A stretch of DNA of 64,000 nt. Origin: Lama glama. Taxonomy: Eukaryota. Below the pieces are notes generated by a model. That model made no database searches. It was not told the origin of the DNA and was given only the letters and a program-made list of their open reading frames with translations. The DNA lies in NCBI GenBank assembly GCA_028534125.1, contig CM052816.1:9860001-9924000 (forward strand). Reading direction: 5' to 3'. The position numbers and the translations under genes were made by a program. This document shows positions 27,301 to 37,559 of the stretch, piece after piece (position 1 is the stretch's first letter; each line of letters begins with the position of its first letter).

Positions 27301-29821
27301 CACAGAGGTTTCTGAACATCTCTTTAATCAACAAACTTAGATAAAATAATAGAGACTATAATGAAATTCTCTAAATATTCCTAAAAAGAAGTTTTTTTTA
27401 AAAAAGAAAAGTTACAATAAAATACAGCAAGAGCATTTTAACCATCATGCTAAGAGTTTCAATGTAGAAAAGAATATTTTTACTGTTCTATTATTTTAAC
27501 GTTTCTAGTCTTTGAGAGACATAGCAAACACTTGCTACATACTTAGCAATATTTAAATGTTGAAACAATGGCACAGTTGTGTGCTTGTATATGTGTGTTT
27601 GTATTTCACCCTTTCAATCTGCCTTTCAGACAGATTAAAATTTTTCAAATTACTATTTAAAAAAAGATTGCTTCATTTCTCAATCAAAAGACCTCTAAGA
27701 GTTCGTGAAGACCCTTCCTGAGTCAGCCCTACCGCCATCACAGGTGCTTCTGACTGGCCTGCTGTGACTTGCAAGTACCTTCACGATTCACTCCGTCCTC
27801 AACTTCAGATCCGTATCCTAACGCTGTCTTTTCAGACAGAAGTTCCCTGACTGTCTCAAGAAGAACTGATACCACCTCCAACCCCAGAAATCCCTGCTTA
27901 TCTTTCTTCTAACACTAATTGTTACTTAATGTACTATATATTTTACTAATTTACTTATTAGCTTGTTTGTTTTCCTCCCCTGAGATGTAAGCTCCATGAG
28001 GGCAGGGTTCTTTTTTCTTTTCTTTCCTTTGGAATAGCCCCAGCATCTCAAAAAGGATCTGACACGTGATAGATGCTCAGTAAATATGTATTGAATGAAA
28101 CACGTACACTGATCATATACAAGATACAGCAACCCTTTCTGCACAATGATCACAAGACAGCTTACTTCAGCTTTCTACGTGTGTCATGATGCTTTTAGCT
28201 TTTAAACTGAAAAATAGTAATCCACTAGTTTGTTTATGGAATTTTAAAGCACTCCTTTAGCACGGCAGATTGCCTCTTGCAGACATCCATTATCATTAGT
28301 CATTGATTTATGTGTGGCGTGATTCATGTCTTGATTCATAAAGGCCTGGCCCTGTGTTTTTAACAAAAGCTTACTAGTGCCTATCAATATACTATGTCTG
28401 TATTATTAACACGGAGGTGTTGGCCACAGAACGTTTTCCTTTAGGGATCTTGGAATGAATTCAGTGACCAGAAAAAGCAGGACTAACCTGATCTTCATCT
28501 TCACTGGCAGCATCTGGGACAAAAATACAGAAACCAGAGTTAAGGGAATCACCAACACTTAATAAGCAGAACAAACAATTCACTCAGGACAGTGTCTTGC
28601 TTATTTTAATGGCAACATATTGTAAAACCACAAATTGACGTGAACACACTAAAGTTTACCACGGCAAATAAAGTGAGGGTGCTGCACCAGGCCAGAGGTC
28701 TATCCCTCATATAGGTCCAATTACTTTGAAATATGCTTTCTGACCCCATAAAGATAGCTAATTTCTAAAACGTCCTTTCAGAGCAAAGGATGGCAGACCT
28801 CTTTTAAAATTATAACATTAACACACATATCAAGTATCTCACATCAAAGATAATTTTAAGGTATAATATATCATAAAGTTTATATCATATATATATATAT
28901 ATACACACACATAAAATCAAGATTCTGAATTCTAGTAATTTTGCCTCCTCATTACAGCTATAAAAATTAGAGATCTGGTAAATATTAAGATTAATTAACA
29001 TCGTAGACTAATACACTCTCTCATTAACAGACATCTTCTGTACCTATGCATGTATTTTAGCAAAGTGGGTATCATTTACGTATAATGATATCCTGACTCT
29101 CCGTCTCTTCAGGTTTCCTTTTCAAAAATGTAAATGCTTCAGAGCAAAGTAAGTCTAGGCAATCTTGTGTTCCCTTCAAATTCAAACAGCAAAAGCAGAA
29201 ACCTACCTCCTAGCTCCCATTTAGAAGAAATACTTTCAATCCATTTAGGATTTGAAAACACAAAAATTAAATATGCTAGAAAGCATTACTACGTTGAAAT
29301 AAAAACAGATGATTGAATTTGATTTTGAATGTTTTATTTATAAATGCAATATTAAAATATACAAATTAAGTAGTCTAAGTTTCAGATATTGATGATCTAC
29401 ATAATTCATATCAGTATGAATTCATATGCTTAATCTATAATATATATAATTCATATCATTATGAGCTGATGTATTTGGTGAAGGGAAGACGGAGAAAAAC
29501 CTGTTAGCTTTTCAGAACTAATATTGAATTAATGGAAGAATTTCTGATGGTTAAAAACTCATATTATCTCAAACCATGGGTCATTTCTAAAGATAATGTC
29601 ACAAATCCACAAACATAATTATTCAAAACTCTGTGTCTAGCTAGATATTTCAGGATTTTACCTACATATAAACATGTATCTTTGGGGAGGGAAGAAAGGA
29701 GACAAACCCCTGCCCAGAGTTTTGTGATGTGTAGCAAGAGGCTTAGCCTACATGCAAATTGCTCACCTTGTACGAGGCAAAGAGCCAGGGTCAGAAGCAT
29801 TGGCACTGTGGCTATCTTCAT
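178..29821 (-). CDS. SPINK5: SPINK5/LEKTI, spliced CDS exons 1-15 (signal peptide + Kazal-like domains D1-D7); 3'-partial, gene continues beyond window start
   Basis: 15 exons with AG/GT ends join into an open frame MKIATVPMLLTLALCLVQDAASEDEDQEICNEY...CSMCEAF. 128-nt domain exons alternate with K/E/R-rich linker exons, with repeated CTRENDP..GPDGKMHGN.C..C motifs typical of LEKTI. Confidence 0.98.
649..730 (-). CDS. SPINK5: SPINK5 exon 14 (82 nt), D6-D7 linker QAEKKEKKQKEAESRNKRQSENTASFE
   Basis: ttttag|CCAAGCAG...TTTGAG|gtgagg; RNKR furin-type site. Confidence 0.96.
1157..1284 (-). CDS. SPINK5: SPINK5 exon 13 (128 nt), D6: ELCSEYRKLLRNGKLPCTRENDPIQGPDGKMHGNTCSMCEAF(F)
   Basis: tggcag|GAGCTG...TTCTT|gtgagt. 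Confidence 0.97.
2059..2076. repeat. (GT)n microsatellite
   Basis: tgtgtgtgtgtgtgtgtg. Confidence 0.9.
2406..2487 (-). CDS. SPINK5: SPINK5 exon 12 (82 nt), D5-D6 linker QAEAEEKKKAEAKARNKRQPGKAPSYA
   Basis: cattcag|CCAAGCAG...TACGCA|gtgagt; RNKR furin-type site. Confidence 0.96.
3709..3836 (-). CDS. SPINK5: SPINK5 exon 11 (128 nt), D5: KLCSQFQDHAKDGILFCTRENDPVRGPDGKMHGNLCSMCQAF(Y)
   Basis: attcag|AAACTC...TTCTA|gtgagt. Confidence 0.97.
4540..4680. repeat. Purine-rich low-complexity (GA) tract
   Basis: Nearly all A/G on the plus strand. Confidence 0.85.
5532..5619 (-). CDS. SPINK5: SPINK5 exon 10 (88 nt), D4-D5 linker KQRFLEEKNKTDENLRKAEEKVKVKRETE
   Basis: ctccag|CAAACAG...ACTGAG|gtgagg; a second in-frame donor lies 6 nt downstream. 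Confidence 0.93.
6085..6480 (-). mobile_element. L2 3' end, antisense, in intron 9
   Basis: cattcattcattcactcatttattcaacattt...ccctgtcttctcagcccttatagaccagtgg. Confidence 0.65.
6980..7107 (-). CDS. SPINK5: SPINK5 exon 9 (128 nt), D4: NLCKEYESQVRDGRLFCTRESDPIRGPDGKMHGNKCALCAEI(F)
   Basis: tctttttaaag|AATCTC...AATCTT|gtgagt. Confidence 0.96.
8240..8820 (+). mobile_element. Older L1 (L1MA-like) ORF2 end and 3' UTR, in intron 8
   Basis: ggaagcaacctacatgtccatcaat, atgctaagtgaaataag, tcacttacatgtggaatcta, gtatacctgaaactaat motifs. Confidence 0.85.
8821..9008 (+). mobile_element. Younger cetartiodactyl/camelid-type L1 3' end with poly(A)
   Basis: gtatagcataggaaattatattg...caccagaaattgacacaacattgtaaactgactata..cttcaataaaaaaa; same family recurs many times in the window. 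Confidence 0.85.
10845..10926 (-). CDS. SPINK5: SPINK5 exon 8 (82 nt), D3-D4 linker LKEAKEKAKQTGETKMPRTKMPRSAEQ
   Basis: ttctgaacag|CTTAAAAG...GAACAG|gtaaat; phase 2 to 0; contains a 15-bp tandem duplication. Confidence 0.92.
12378..12505 (-). CDS. SPINK5: SPINK5 exon 7 (128 nt), D3: DVCSAFRPYVKDGRLGCTRENDPVLGPDGRTHGNKCAMCAEL(F)
   Basis: cttcag|GATGTA...CTGTT|gtaagt. Confidence 0.97.
13430..13493 (-). CDS. SPINK5: SPINK5 exon 6 (64 nt), end of D2: KTRSQVGIEREGECESGNPEQ
   Basis: ttccag|TAAAACC...GAGCAG|gtgagg; terminal Kazal GEC motif. Confidence 0.95.
15229..15356 (-). CDS. SPINK5: SPINK5 exon 5 (128 nt), domain D2 (classical Kazal): LNCDDFKKEERNGYFVCTLDNAPVCGTDGKTYSNRCVLCAEN(T)
   Basis: ttgcag|TTGAAT...GAACAC|gtgagt; Kazal signature PVCGTDGKTYSNxC; 5 Cys here and the 6th in exon 6. 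Confidence 0.97.
15750..15962 (+). mobile_element. MIR SINE (one of many; others near 3560-3670, 10000-10110, 22430-22530, 31470-31640, 51160-51340)
   Basis: ctgccacttgctagctgtgtgatttgggaag..acttaacc.ctctgtgc..tcctcatctgta..cttagaacagtgcccagcaca. Confidence 0.75.
17690..20430 (+). mobile_element. Highly degraded ancient L1 ORF2 remnant in intron 4, interrupted by an antisense L1
   Basis: A-rich sequence with L1 ORF2-like motifs (ttctctggccacaat, atatgcaaatgatgtgat, atagaaatcaatag). Confidence 0.65.
18670..19190 (-). mobile_element. L1MB/MC-like 3' end, antisense
   Basis: cagctttattgaag...aattttaagtgtatag...ctggcttctttcattt...aatgctgctatgaatattt. Confidence 0.8.
20545..20890 (+). mobile_element. 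Young-family L1 3' UTR with poly(A)
   Basis: cacttatatgtggaatc...gaacttatttacaaa...tatagcatagggaactatattcaatatcttgt...aataaaaaattaaaaaaaaa. Confidence 0.88.
21534..21598. repeat. Purine-rich (GAA/GAG) low-complexity tract
   Basis: gaagaaaaaaagaggaagaggaagaagaggacaagaaggaagaggaggaggagaggaaggag. Confidence 0.85.
22852..22924 (-). CDS. SPINK5: SPINK5 exon 4 (73 nt), D1-D2 linker EKEAKLQRRARRLARATTAPAPAK
   Basis: ttccag|GGAAAAAG...GCAAAG|gtgagg; frame matches ORF track 22699..22959. Confidence 0.95.
23206..23232. repeat. Three perfect tandem copies of gccatttgt
   Basis: Directly visible in intron 3. Confidence 0.9.
24537..24664 (-). CDS. SPINK5: SPINK5 exon 3 (128 nt), domain D1: EICNEYRALMKNGKLFCFQDKKLFQSPDGKMFINKCAMCKMR(L)
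   Basis: ccttag|GAAATT...AGATT|gtgagt; 4-Cys LEKTI domain. Confidence 0.96.
27780..28100 (+). mobile_element. L2 3' end in intron 2
   Basis: gatgtaagctccatgagggcaggg...ccagcatct...tagatgctcagtaaatatgtattgaatgaa. Confidence 0.75.
28488..28513 (-). CDS. SPINK5: SPINK5 exon 2 (26 nt), (D)AASEDEDQ
   Basis: tttttgtcccag|ATGCTGCCAGTGAAGATGAAGATCAG|gttagt; phase 1 to 0 links exons 1 and 3. Confidence 0.93.
29767..29821 (-). CDS. SPINK5: SPINK5 exon 1 coding part (55 nt), signal peptide MKIATVPMLLTLALCLVQ(D)
   Basis: ATG in context TTCAACATGA, hydrophobic signal peptide, donor AAG|GTGAGC, TATA box ~95 bp upstream. Confidence 0.96.
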
Positions 29822-29842
29822 GTTGAAGATGATGTAAGTTGG

Positions 29843-29863
29843 TTACAAGTCTGCTTCTTGCAT
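29843..29863 (-). other. 6-codon upstream ORF (MQEADL*) in the predicted SPINK5 5' UTR
   Basis: GCA ATG CAA GAA GCA GAC TTG TAA between the predicted TSS and the main ATG. Confidence 0.7.
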
Positions 29864-29912
29864 TGCTCACCAGCTGGTGCTCTAAGACTGAACCCGTGGA
29901 GATGCAGCTCAC

Positions 29913-29923
29913 TTTTATATATA
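29913..29923 (-). promoter_or_regulatory. TATA box of SPINK5 (TATATATAAAA); predicted TSS about 29885-29892
   Basis: Canonical TATAAAA on the coding strand 92-98 bp upstream of the ATG. Confidence 0.85.
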
Positions 29924-30000
29924 CTGTGGGCAACACCCACAGCAGCCAACACTGTAAAACCAGTTGTTCAAGGTCAAGATAAACTTAATATACTGCGTCA
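29924..30000. promoter_or_regulatory. Proximal promoter motifs: CACCC box (KLF-type), AAACCAGTT (GRHL-like, 29957-29965), TGCGTCA (AP-1/CRE-like, 29994-30000)
   Basis: Motif matches directly upstream of the TATA box; binding not shown. Confidence 0.45.
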
Positions 30001-33000
30001 ATTTAGTTTCCATCTTTTAGAAGAAGTCAAGAAGGCAGATTTGTCAAGGAGGCAGATTTGAACACATCTTATTTCTAAAGTAGTTGTAATGTGTTTTCAT
30101 GATACCTCCCCTAGAAGGGGATAGATTATGTCCAAGGACCCTGCTCAAAATTTAATACTCCACAGTCCTAGAGAAGAACTGAATTCCTCAGCAATACCAG
30201 ACACACATTCTCACAGACGAGCATGTTTCTAACGAGGCTCCCTTCATAAGTGGGAGGGAAGGGAAAAAGAAGACAGATGGGATTTCCTACCAGGGAGGTA
30301 AAGACTGAAAGAGTTCCACATCCAGAGAAAGCTTCTTATAGCAAGAGAAACCAGGATTTCCATTACTTTCATCTGCATCTATTTGAAGTGTCTCAATTCA
30401 GTGTCACAGACTCACATGTAAGTTAGAGTCAAATGACCCTAAGGGATAACCTACCAAAATTCTAACACTGAATGTATGTGGGAACAGAAACTCAGAGAAG
30501 GAGCAGTGACTTTCCCAGGAGCACCCCATTTAGATGGAAGAGGCAGAGAGGCAGCTCTTAAAGAAGACCACAGTTTCAACATTTTTTCATCTCCATAATC
30601 TGCTTCACTCTTGCACATTAGTAAAGGCAGAAACTATGTGAAATCAAAGCTTGCATGCAACTACTTTAAAAAAATTCAATTGGGAGGCTATTATATATTC
30701 TAAAGCATCATCTTGTAGTCTAACCAAACATCATGATCATAAACATTAGAGACGTAAGGTTAAATGTCCACAGCCCATCACTCTCAAATCGCTGTTTGGA
30801 AAATTTGGCTCAATGAGTTTCCCCTTAAACTAAGTTTACTCCTCATGATTTAGTCTCCCAAGAAGTAAAGAAGAAATAAAATATTTAAAAGTATATAGAA
30901 ATGTAACTTTTCTAGAGAAAGTTACCTCCTCCTTGGTTCCTTCTTCCATTCTACAAGAAATGCCTTTTGCCTAGCAGCTTACTTTACTCCACTAGCTCCA
31001 TAAAGCACCTGAAGAAGTCTGCAGAGATGATGGAGACCAAAGCCAAATGGTTTGATTTCAGTATTCCACAGGGTCTCTACATCTACAGAAGGAAAGTATG
31101 GGTCCTAATGAGATCAAAGCCCTCTTAAAGACTGTTCCAGAAAACTGATTTAAGGCTGGCCAATTCTGAGATCATGTCAACACTCTGAATACCATCAAAG
31201 CCAGAGTGTTTCCCTTTTCTTTTTTCATGAGATAGTATTTTTTCTCTAAAAATACAATCTTTGGTTTCAAGGTCTGTGTTATTAGCTTTCTTTCTTTCCA
31301 ATGGTTTAGTGAAATCAGTGACCATGGAAAGCAGGTTCAAACTGCATTACTGTTACTGGTTAGAAAAGTGACATCCATCACAGCTTAATAGAAAGAGAAT
31401 GGGACAGACAGACAGAAAATTTGTTTCTATTCCTGTTTTTGCAATTACCTAGAGCAATGGAAATGAACCTGGCTTTGGTACATAATGGATCTGGGTCCAA
31501 ATCTTGACTCACTCATTACTAGCTATGTTGCCTTGAGCGAGTCACCTATTTTCTCTCAGCCTCAGTTTTCTAATATGTAAAACAGGGATAACAAAACTAT
31601 ACTGGAGAATTGTTGTAAGAGTTAGAGATAAATCTTGTGTACGTACATATGTGTGTTTGTGCTGTTTAGAACAACTCCAATTGTATGTGATAAGCTTTAT
31701 AGTTACTGATAGCTGATCTTGTATTCTTATCTCATTATAATGATGTGGTTGTACTAGGTAATTTCTAAGACTCAAAATATAGTCAACATTGCTTAAACGT
31801 GGACCACAATGACAGATTTAAGTTTACTCAACATAGAAATAACCCCAATACATTCTGAAGTAAAATGAAAGAGTCAAGGTACAAGATCTTTTCTTCATCC
31901 TACCATTGTGTTCTAAACCATGATACCTAAAACAAATCAAAGCATTAGCCATCAAAATTTGCCAAAGTCACTGCTAGGTATCTATCATCATCGATTCCTT
32001 ATCTCTAGCTGTAAAATCCTCTTCTACATAATGACATACCGATACTAAATTTTTTTATCTTCCATCTACTCTGTTAGACCATATCAAATGTGCCCCAACC
32101 ATACGCTCTATTATTGATGGTGGGAAAGTTTAATGCCTTACAACAGAATTGGTGACTGTGTAATATGCTCTGCCGAACACCAAATCTAGCCCAAATGGGT
32201 AGTATTCCCAGGAGTGGAAGGATAGGGTGGAACAAAAGAACCAGAAGATGACTGCATCTCTGAAGTATCCCTGCTATGAGGAAAGGTCGAAGGAGTTGGT
32301 TTCCTTCTTATTGGAAAAGAGTTCCTCAGTGACACCCAGAACCTTCTGAAATGATGAATAAGAAGGGCTGAAACTGATAACCTCTTCTAAAAGGAGGAGG
32401 CAGCCAGGGGAAGGCTCAGTGAGCACCCCCAGTACTGGAAGCACACATCAGCTGGCTCTTGGCGTCAGAGCCACTTCTCCCTTTCATTTCAGACATGTTG
32501 TAAATCCAGAGGTGACTGATCATGTACTCTGCTAATCACTCCTTATTTTTGAAAACCATGGAATTTCAATGCTAATGAATGGGACTAAGGTTTTAGAGAA
32601 TTAGGGTTTGAGTTAATAGAGTACTTTTATCTTAGTTTGTCAGAGTACTTTTCTTAAATTCTAAATTCCTTTTTTGCCAGCTCTTTCAATTACCCATCAA
32701 ACACGTAAGACCCTTTTTCTTATTAAAAAAGAATGAAGTTAGGTTGTAAAAAGTATAAACTTTACAATTCAACACATGTATCGAGTGGCCCAGTACCTGA
32801 ATTCACACCCAGGATACTGACACAGTGGGAAGGAATGAGAAAACAAGGTTTTGTAGACCAGTAACATTACTGAAGACAAAGGTTATTTCCAAAATCCAAA
32901 ATTAGCAAATTATTATTCAGGTCTTTTCTTTCTCTGGGTGAAATATCCTTGATGATCACAATAGTTTAATAAATAACTACAGTCTCTTACAATTAAATCA

Positions 33001-33660
33001 CCCTCCACATCTTTCCAAACAATCCATCATCCAGTAGCTCTCTTGATTTGTTCAATGCAATGCTGTGAGGTAGCAAAGTAGGTGTTATTATTCTTTCCTT
33101 ACCTGCAGAAAATGGAGCCATTAATAAACCCGAGAGTAGGAACTAGTCTGGATGGTAATCCCAGTACTGCCACTTTCTCACCGTCTACACCCTAGGTGGC
33201 CATTGCTCAGCCTTTCAGATGATTGAGAGAGAACCCAGACATTATCATGCTTTCAATTACTAAGGTACAGCATTCTACTGCTCTCATGGTTCTTTCTACT
33301 TGTCCCCTGCTCTCACACGTACACTCACACACCCCCCAAAACCCTCTCACACATACACACACACACCCCCCCAAAAACCCACAATGACCTGGGCAAAAAG
33401 AAGTATGCTGTGACCACGACCAAAAAAGTATATGTCCTAACGGTTCTCAGAAGATGAATTAATTTCTTATCTCTTTTCTTAATTTTTAATGTCCTTTTCT
33501 ATAATTCTCATGTTTTTACCCATTAATTTAACACATCTGTATTCTCCTTTTTGAACAACGCTAACTGGAAAACAGCCTTTACCCCTCTTCTTATCTTGAA
33601 ATGTTCCATTAATAGGTACCTTCACTCACTCTCTGAGAATTCCTTTCTGTTTGTCTAGAA

Positions 33661-34086
33661 CGGTTGCTTACATGTCTTAACTATAGTAAATAGTGCTGCT
33701 ATGAACACTGGGGTGCATGTAGTAAGCCAGAAAGAGAAAGTCAAATACCATATGACACAACTTGTATGTGGAAGCTAAAAAATGATACTGATGAACTTAT
33801 TTACAAAACAGAAACAGACTCACTGACATAGAAGACAAACTTATGGTTTCCAAAGGGGGAAAGGAGGAGGTGGCAATTAGGAGTTTGAGATTAGCAGATA
33901 CAAACTACTATATACAAAACAGATAAACAAGGTCCTACTGTACAGCATAGGGTACTATATTCAATATCTTGTAACATATAATGAAAAGAGTATGAAAAAT
34001 AATATATATGTGTGTGTGTATATGTGTGTGTGTATCACTGTGCTGCATACCAGAGATTAACATAACATTGTGTTTTAAAGAAAAAC
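33661..34086 (+). mobile_element. 5'-inverted young-family L1 with 9-bp TSD tgtctagaa
   Basis: 33661-33720 is antisense L1, 33721-34086 is the sense 3' end; tgtctagaa at 33652-33660 and 34087-34095. Confidence 0.85.
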
Positions 34087-34931
34087 TGTCTAGAAAGGCT
34101 GAGAAACTATAGAGATAAGCATCTCATTTTATCTAAGAACAGGATGGGATGGGCACTGTTTGATCACTAAGTACACAGACCCTGCTATTTATAGATACAA
34201 TTGTTGCATTTATTAGATTAGGATTAAGAAGACAGGAATGTTTCATTACAATACCTAATTGTTAACTGTGTTAAAATTAACGTATCGGGTTATATTTGGT
34301 TCTTAAATACAATCCAGTTGCTCCCTACAGTCAATGCTAGTGGAACCCCGGTTCCACAACCCCACACTATGCATCACCTGAAAATTCAATACATTCTCAA
34401 GTCTCCTAGGAGTCATTCTGACTGTAGAAAACAGATGTTTGTGGAGCTACAGTCCTTTGGAGAAAAAAATCACAATAAATGACTTCTGAAGTAGCACTGA
34501 GTTTTGGCAAAAGAGTAGTGCATATTTTATAGTGAAATATTTTATGTGTGTGTATACTATAAGAAAGGACAAAATTGTTAGGTTCATAAGCAAATTTAGG
34601 AAAAGATATGTATGTGTATATATATATATATATATATCTTTATTAAATTATTTGCAAAGAAATATAAAAGTTGCTGTCATTTACAGTGCATTTACTAAGT
34701 AAGAGGTCCAACAATAAAGGGTATCATTTTGGTCATTGTTTCTAGGTTAAAAATATTGAGGTTTGGTGAAATTCTATAACTTTTCCAAGGTCATACAGCC
34801 TGTAAGCAATGGTCTTTGCAAATGATAAGAGTCAATGCAAATAAAGGCAGTCAAATCCAGAGCCCAAGCTCTTAAATACCACATACTGTACTGACCACAC
34901 TACCTACACGTGTAACTAATTTATCTCGGAC

Positions 34932-35140
34932 TATTCTGGGCTGAACTGTGTCACTCCAAAATTCATATTTTTATGTCTTAACCCCAGTATCTCAGAATGT
35001 GACTGTATTTGAGGAAAGGGACTTTAAAAAGGTGCTTGTGTTAAAATGAGGCCATTAGGGTTGAACCCTAACCCAAAGTGACTGGTGCTCTTCTAAGGAG
35101 AGGAAATTTGGGCACAGAGAGACACTGGGGAAGGCTGTGC
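34932..35140 (+). mobile_element. MaLR LTR fragment (MLT1-like)
   Basis: gggctgaactgtgtc..ccaaaattcatat..cccagtatctcagaatgtgactgtatttg..ttaaaatgagg..ggtgctctt..aggagaggaaatttgg. Confidence 0.8.
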
Positions 35141-36397
35141 ACAACCATTGACACCAGGCCACATGGTTTGTAAGTGGTCAAGCTGTGACTCATATCTAGG
35201 TCTGACGTCTTAGAAGTTTCATTCAATCAAGTAACAAGTTAAATAGCACTAACCATGGTGTCGTACCACAATCTTGATTCAATAGACAGAAAAAAGGAAT
35301 GAGAGTGAATAATAAATGTTAAAGCAGAGAATTCTCAGGTATGGGACAAAATTACTAAAATTTGGTTTAAAAAGTTAAAAATGTAAGTCCAAAGTTAGGC
35401 ATTATGGTACTGCAACAGATTCCATAATACTGCCTACATGAATACAACAGATAGTTACAAAATGCCTACATTTGTCTGGCACCATGTGAGAGCCCACTGT
35501 TAAACTTGTGAATTGAACAGACACAGGCTCTAATCTCTAAGAAATTATAGTCTCGTGGAAGACGTGATCATTTTTCACTTGAATCTGTGAAAATCTTTTC
35601 AGAAAGATGTTCATAGAGTAAGGCTAGTACATTATACAGATATTGGCCTCTGGAAGGAGATTCTCTGATGATATTATACTCAATTCTTAAAAAAATGAGC
35701 TGGGATCTATAGCCTTCATCCATCCAAAACATTCAGTTAATCAGAGTGATCCATTCCTTAAATAATTAGGAGAAAAGATGTTTTGCTTTGGTAATTTCTT
35801 TTCTCTGAATTTCTTATTTCCTCTATGTCATTAGTTATTTAACACTATTTGGGGGGCAGGAGTTGAATTTAAAATTGAATATGAACATTATTTTGCATTT
35901 AGTGTGGTTTTGTTTATTTTGAGTGATATTCCATGTGATATTAATGCATTTCATCACAAATTCCCCATTGCAAACTACCTTTATTTAAGAAAGTATTTTT
36001 CCAGAAAGTAATTTTAATATTTCTGGGCAAGAAGCTGTAAGTAATGTACATTTATTTGTTACCTACATAAATGGCCTTGGAAAATGCAATAACTAGCTTT
36101 AGTCTGCAGTGTTAAGATAGGGACTATTTCTTTCTCTCACTTCTAGATAGAAAACTACTACTTATGCTTCAGAGAAGTATTGTAAAGCGTGTAAAAATTA
36201 TCTAAGAACTCTATGTAGCTGCTAGCATTAATAAATGGATTTACCTTATTGTACTTAGAGAGCAACTGTACATAAAATTTATTTTAGAACAAAATTTATA
36301 GAATAACTTATAGTACAAGATCAATTTGTACACAGCATATGTATAGAAATATTTATATACTGTTTATATTTTATATATTTGATCCTTACATTTATTC

Positions 36398-36796
36398 CCT
36401 TTTTTAATTGAATTACAGTCAATTATAATGTGTCAATTTCTGGTATACAGCGCAATGTCCCAGTCATGCATATACATCCATATATTCATTTTCATATTCT
36501 TTTTCATTAAAAGTTATTACAAGATATTGAACATAGTTCCCTGTGCTATACAGAGGAAACTTCTTTAAAAATCTATTTTTATATATATTGGCTAACATTT
36601 GTAAATCTCAAACTCCCAAATTTACTCCTTCCTACCCCCTTTCCCTGGTAACCATAAGATTGTTGACTATGTCTGCGAGTCTGTTTCTGTTTTGTAGATG
36701 AGTTCATAGTGTCCTTTTTTTTTTTTTAAATTCCACATATGAGTGATATCCTATGGTATTTTATTTCTCTTTCTGGCTTACTTCACTTAGAATGAC
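36398..36796 (-). mobile_element. Young-family L1 3' UTR, antisense, next to or within a MIR
   Basis: ttttaattgaattacagtc...atattgaacatagttccctgtgctatac...ttccacatatgagtgata...cttcacttagaatgac. Confidence 0.88.
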
Positions 36797-37559
36797 AGTA
36801 AGGTAAGCAGATAATATCTTATTTCCATTTCATGGTCAGCAAAACTGAAAATCAGCATGGTTCAATGATTTTCTTCTTGTCTATTAGCCATAAGTGAAAG
36901 AGCTGTGACAGGAATTCAAATCTCCTGACTCTTGTTTTGATATTTTTTTCTGCTCTCTCATATTTAACAGAGACCTAAATACTAATTCAGTGAGATTAGG
37001 ATAGAAAAGAAGAAAACATGGGAAGGGTACAAAAGAGAGGGAAGCATTCAGAAATAAAGTAAAGAGAACAGAAAGGCACCAAATACACTGAAAGAGAAAA
37101 AAAAATCAAGTTTGAACCAATCTTGGTGATGAAGGGAAATACTGACATGTGTAAAATGCTTTGCAAATTACAATTTTTAAAATATATTTTCTCATTTGGG
37201 CCTCACGATCAACCTGTTGAGCAGGTTGGACATACATTATTGTTAGAATCCCCATTTTACTGACATTTAGAGAGAGTTAAGAACTTTCCCAAAGATACAA
37301 ACAATAAGTGGTGAAAACTGGAATCAGACAAAGTACACTCAATCAAGAGTCTACTGTCTTTTCCCTGTGCCCTTAGGCTTTCCTAACACTGTGAAAGATG
37401 CTTGAAGGTATAGCTTTCATAATTTTATTAGGAACCAAATGATGAGAAGACTGTCAGAAGGCAAACTAAAATACTAGCTTTATTTTCTGAAAAGAGAAAC
37501 AAGAAATTAACATGTATGCTAAGGGATACACTAGGTTTTTGCTTGTTTTTTAATGATAA

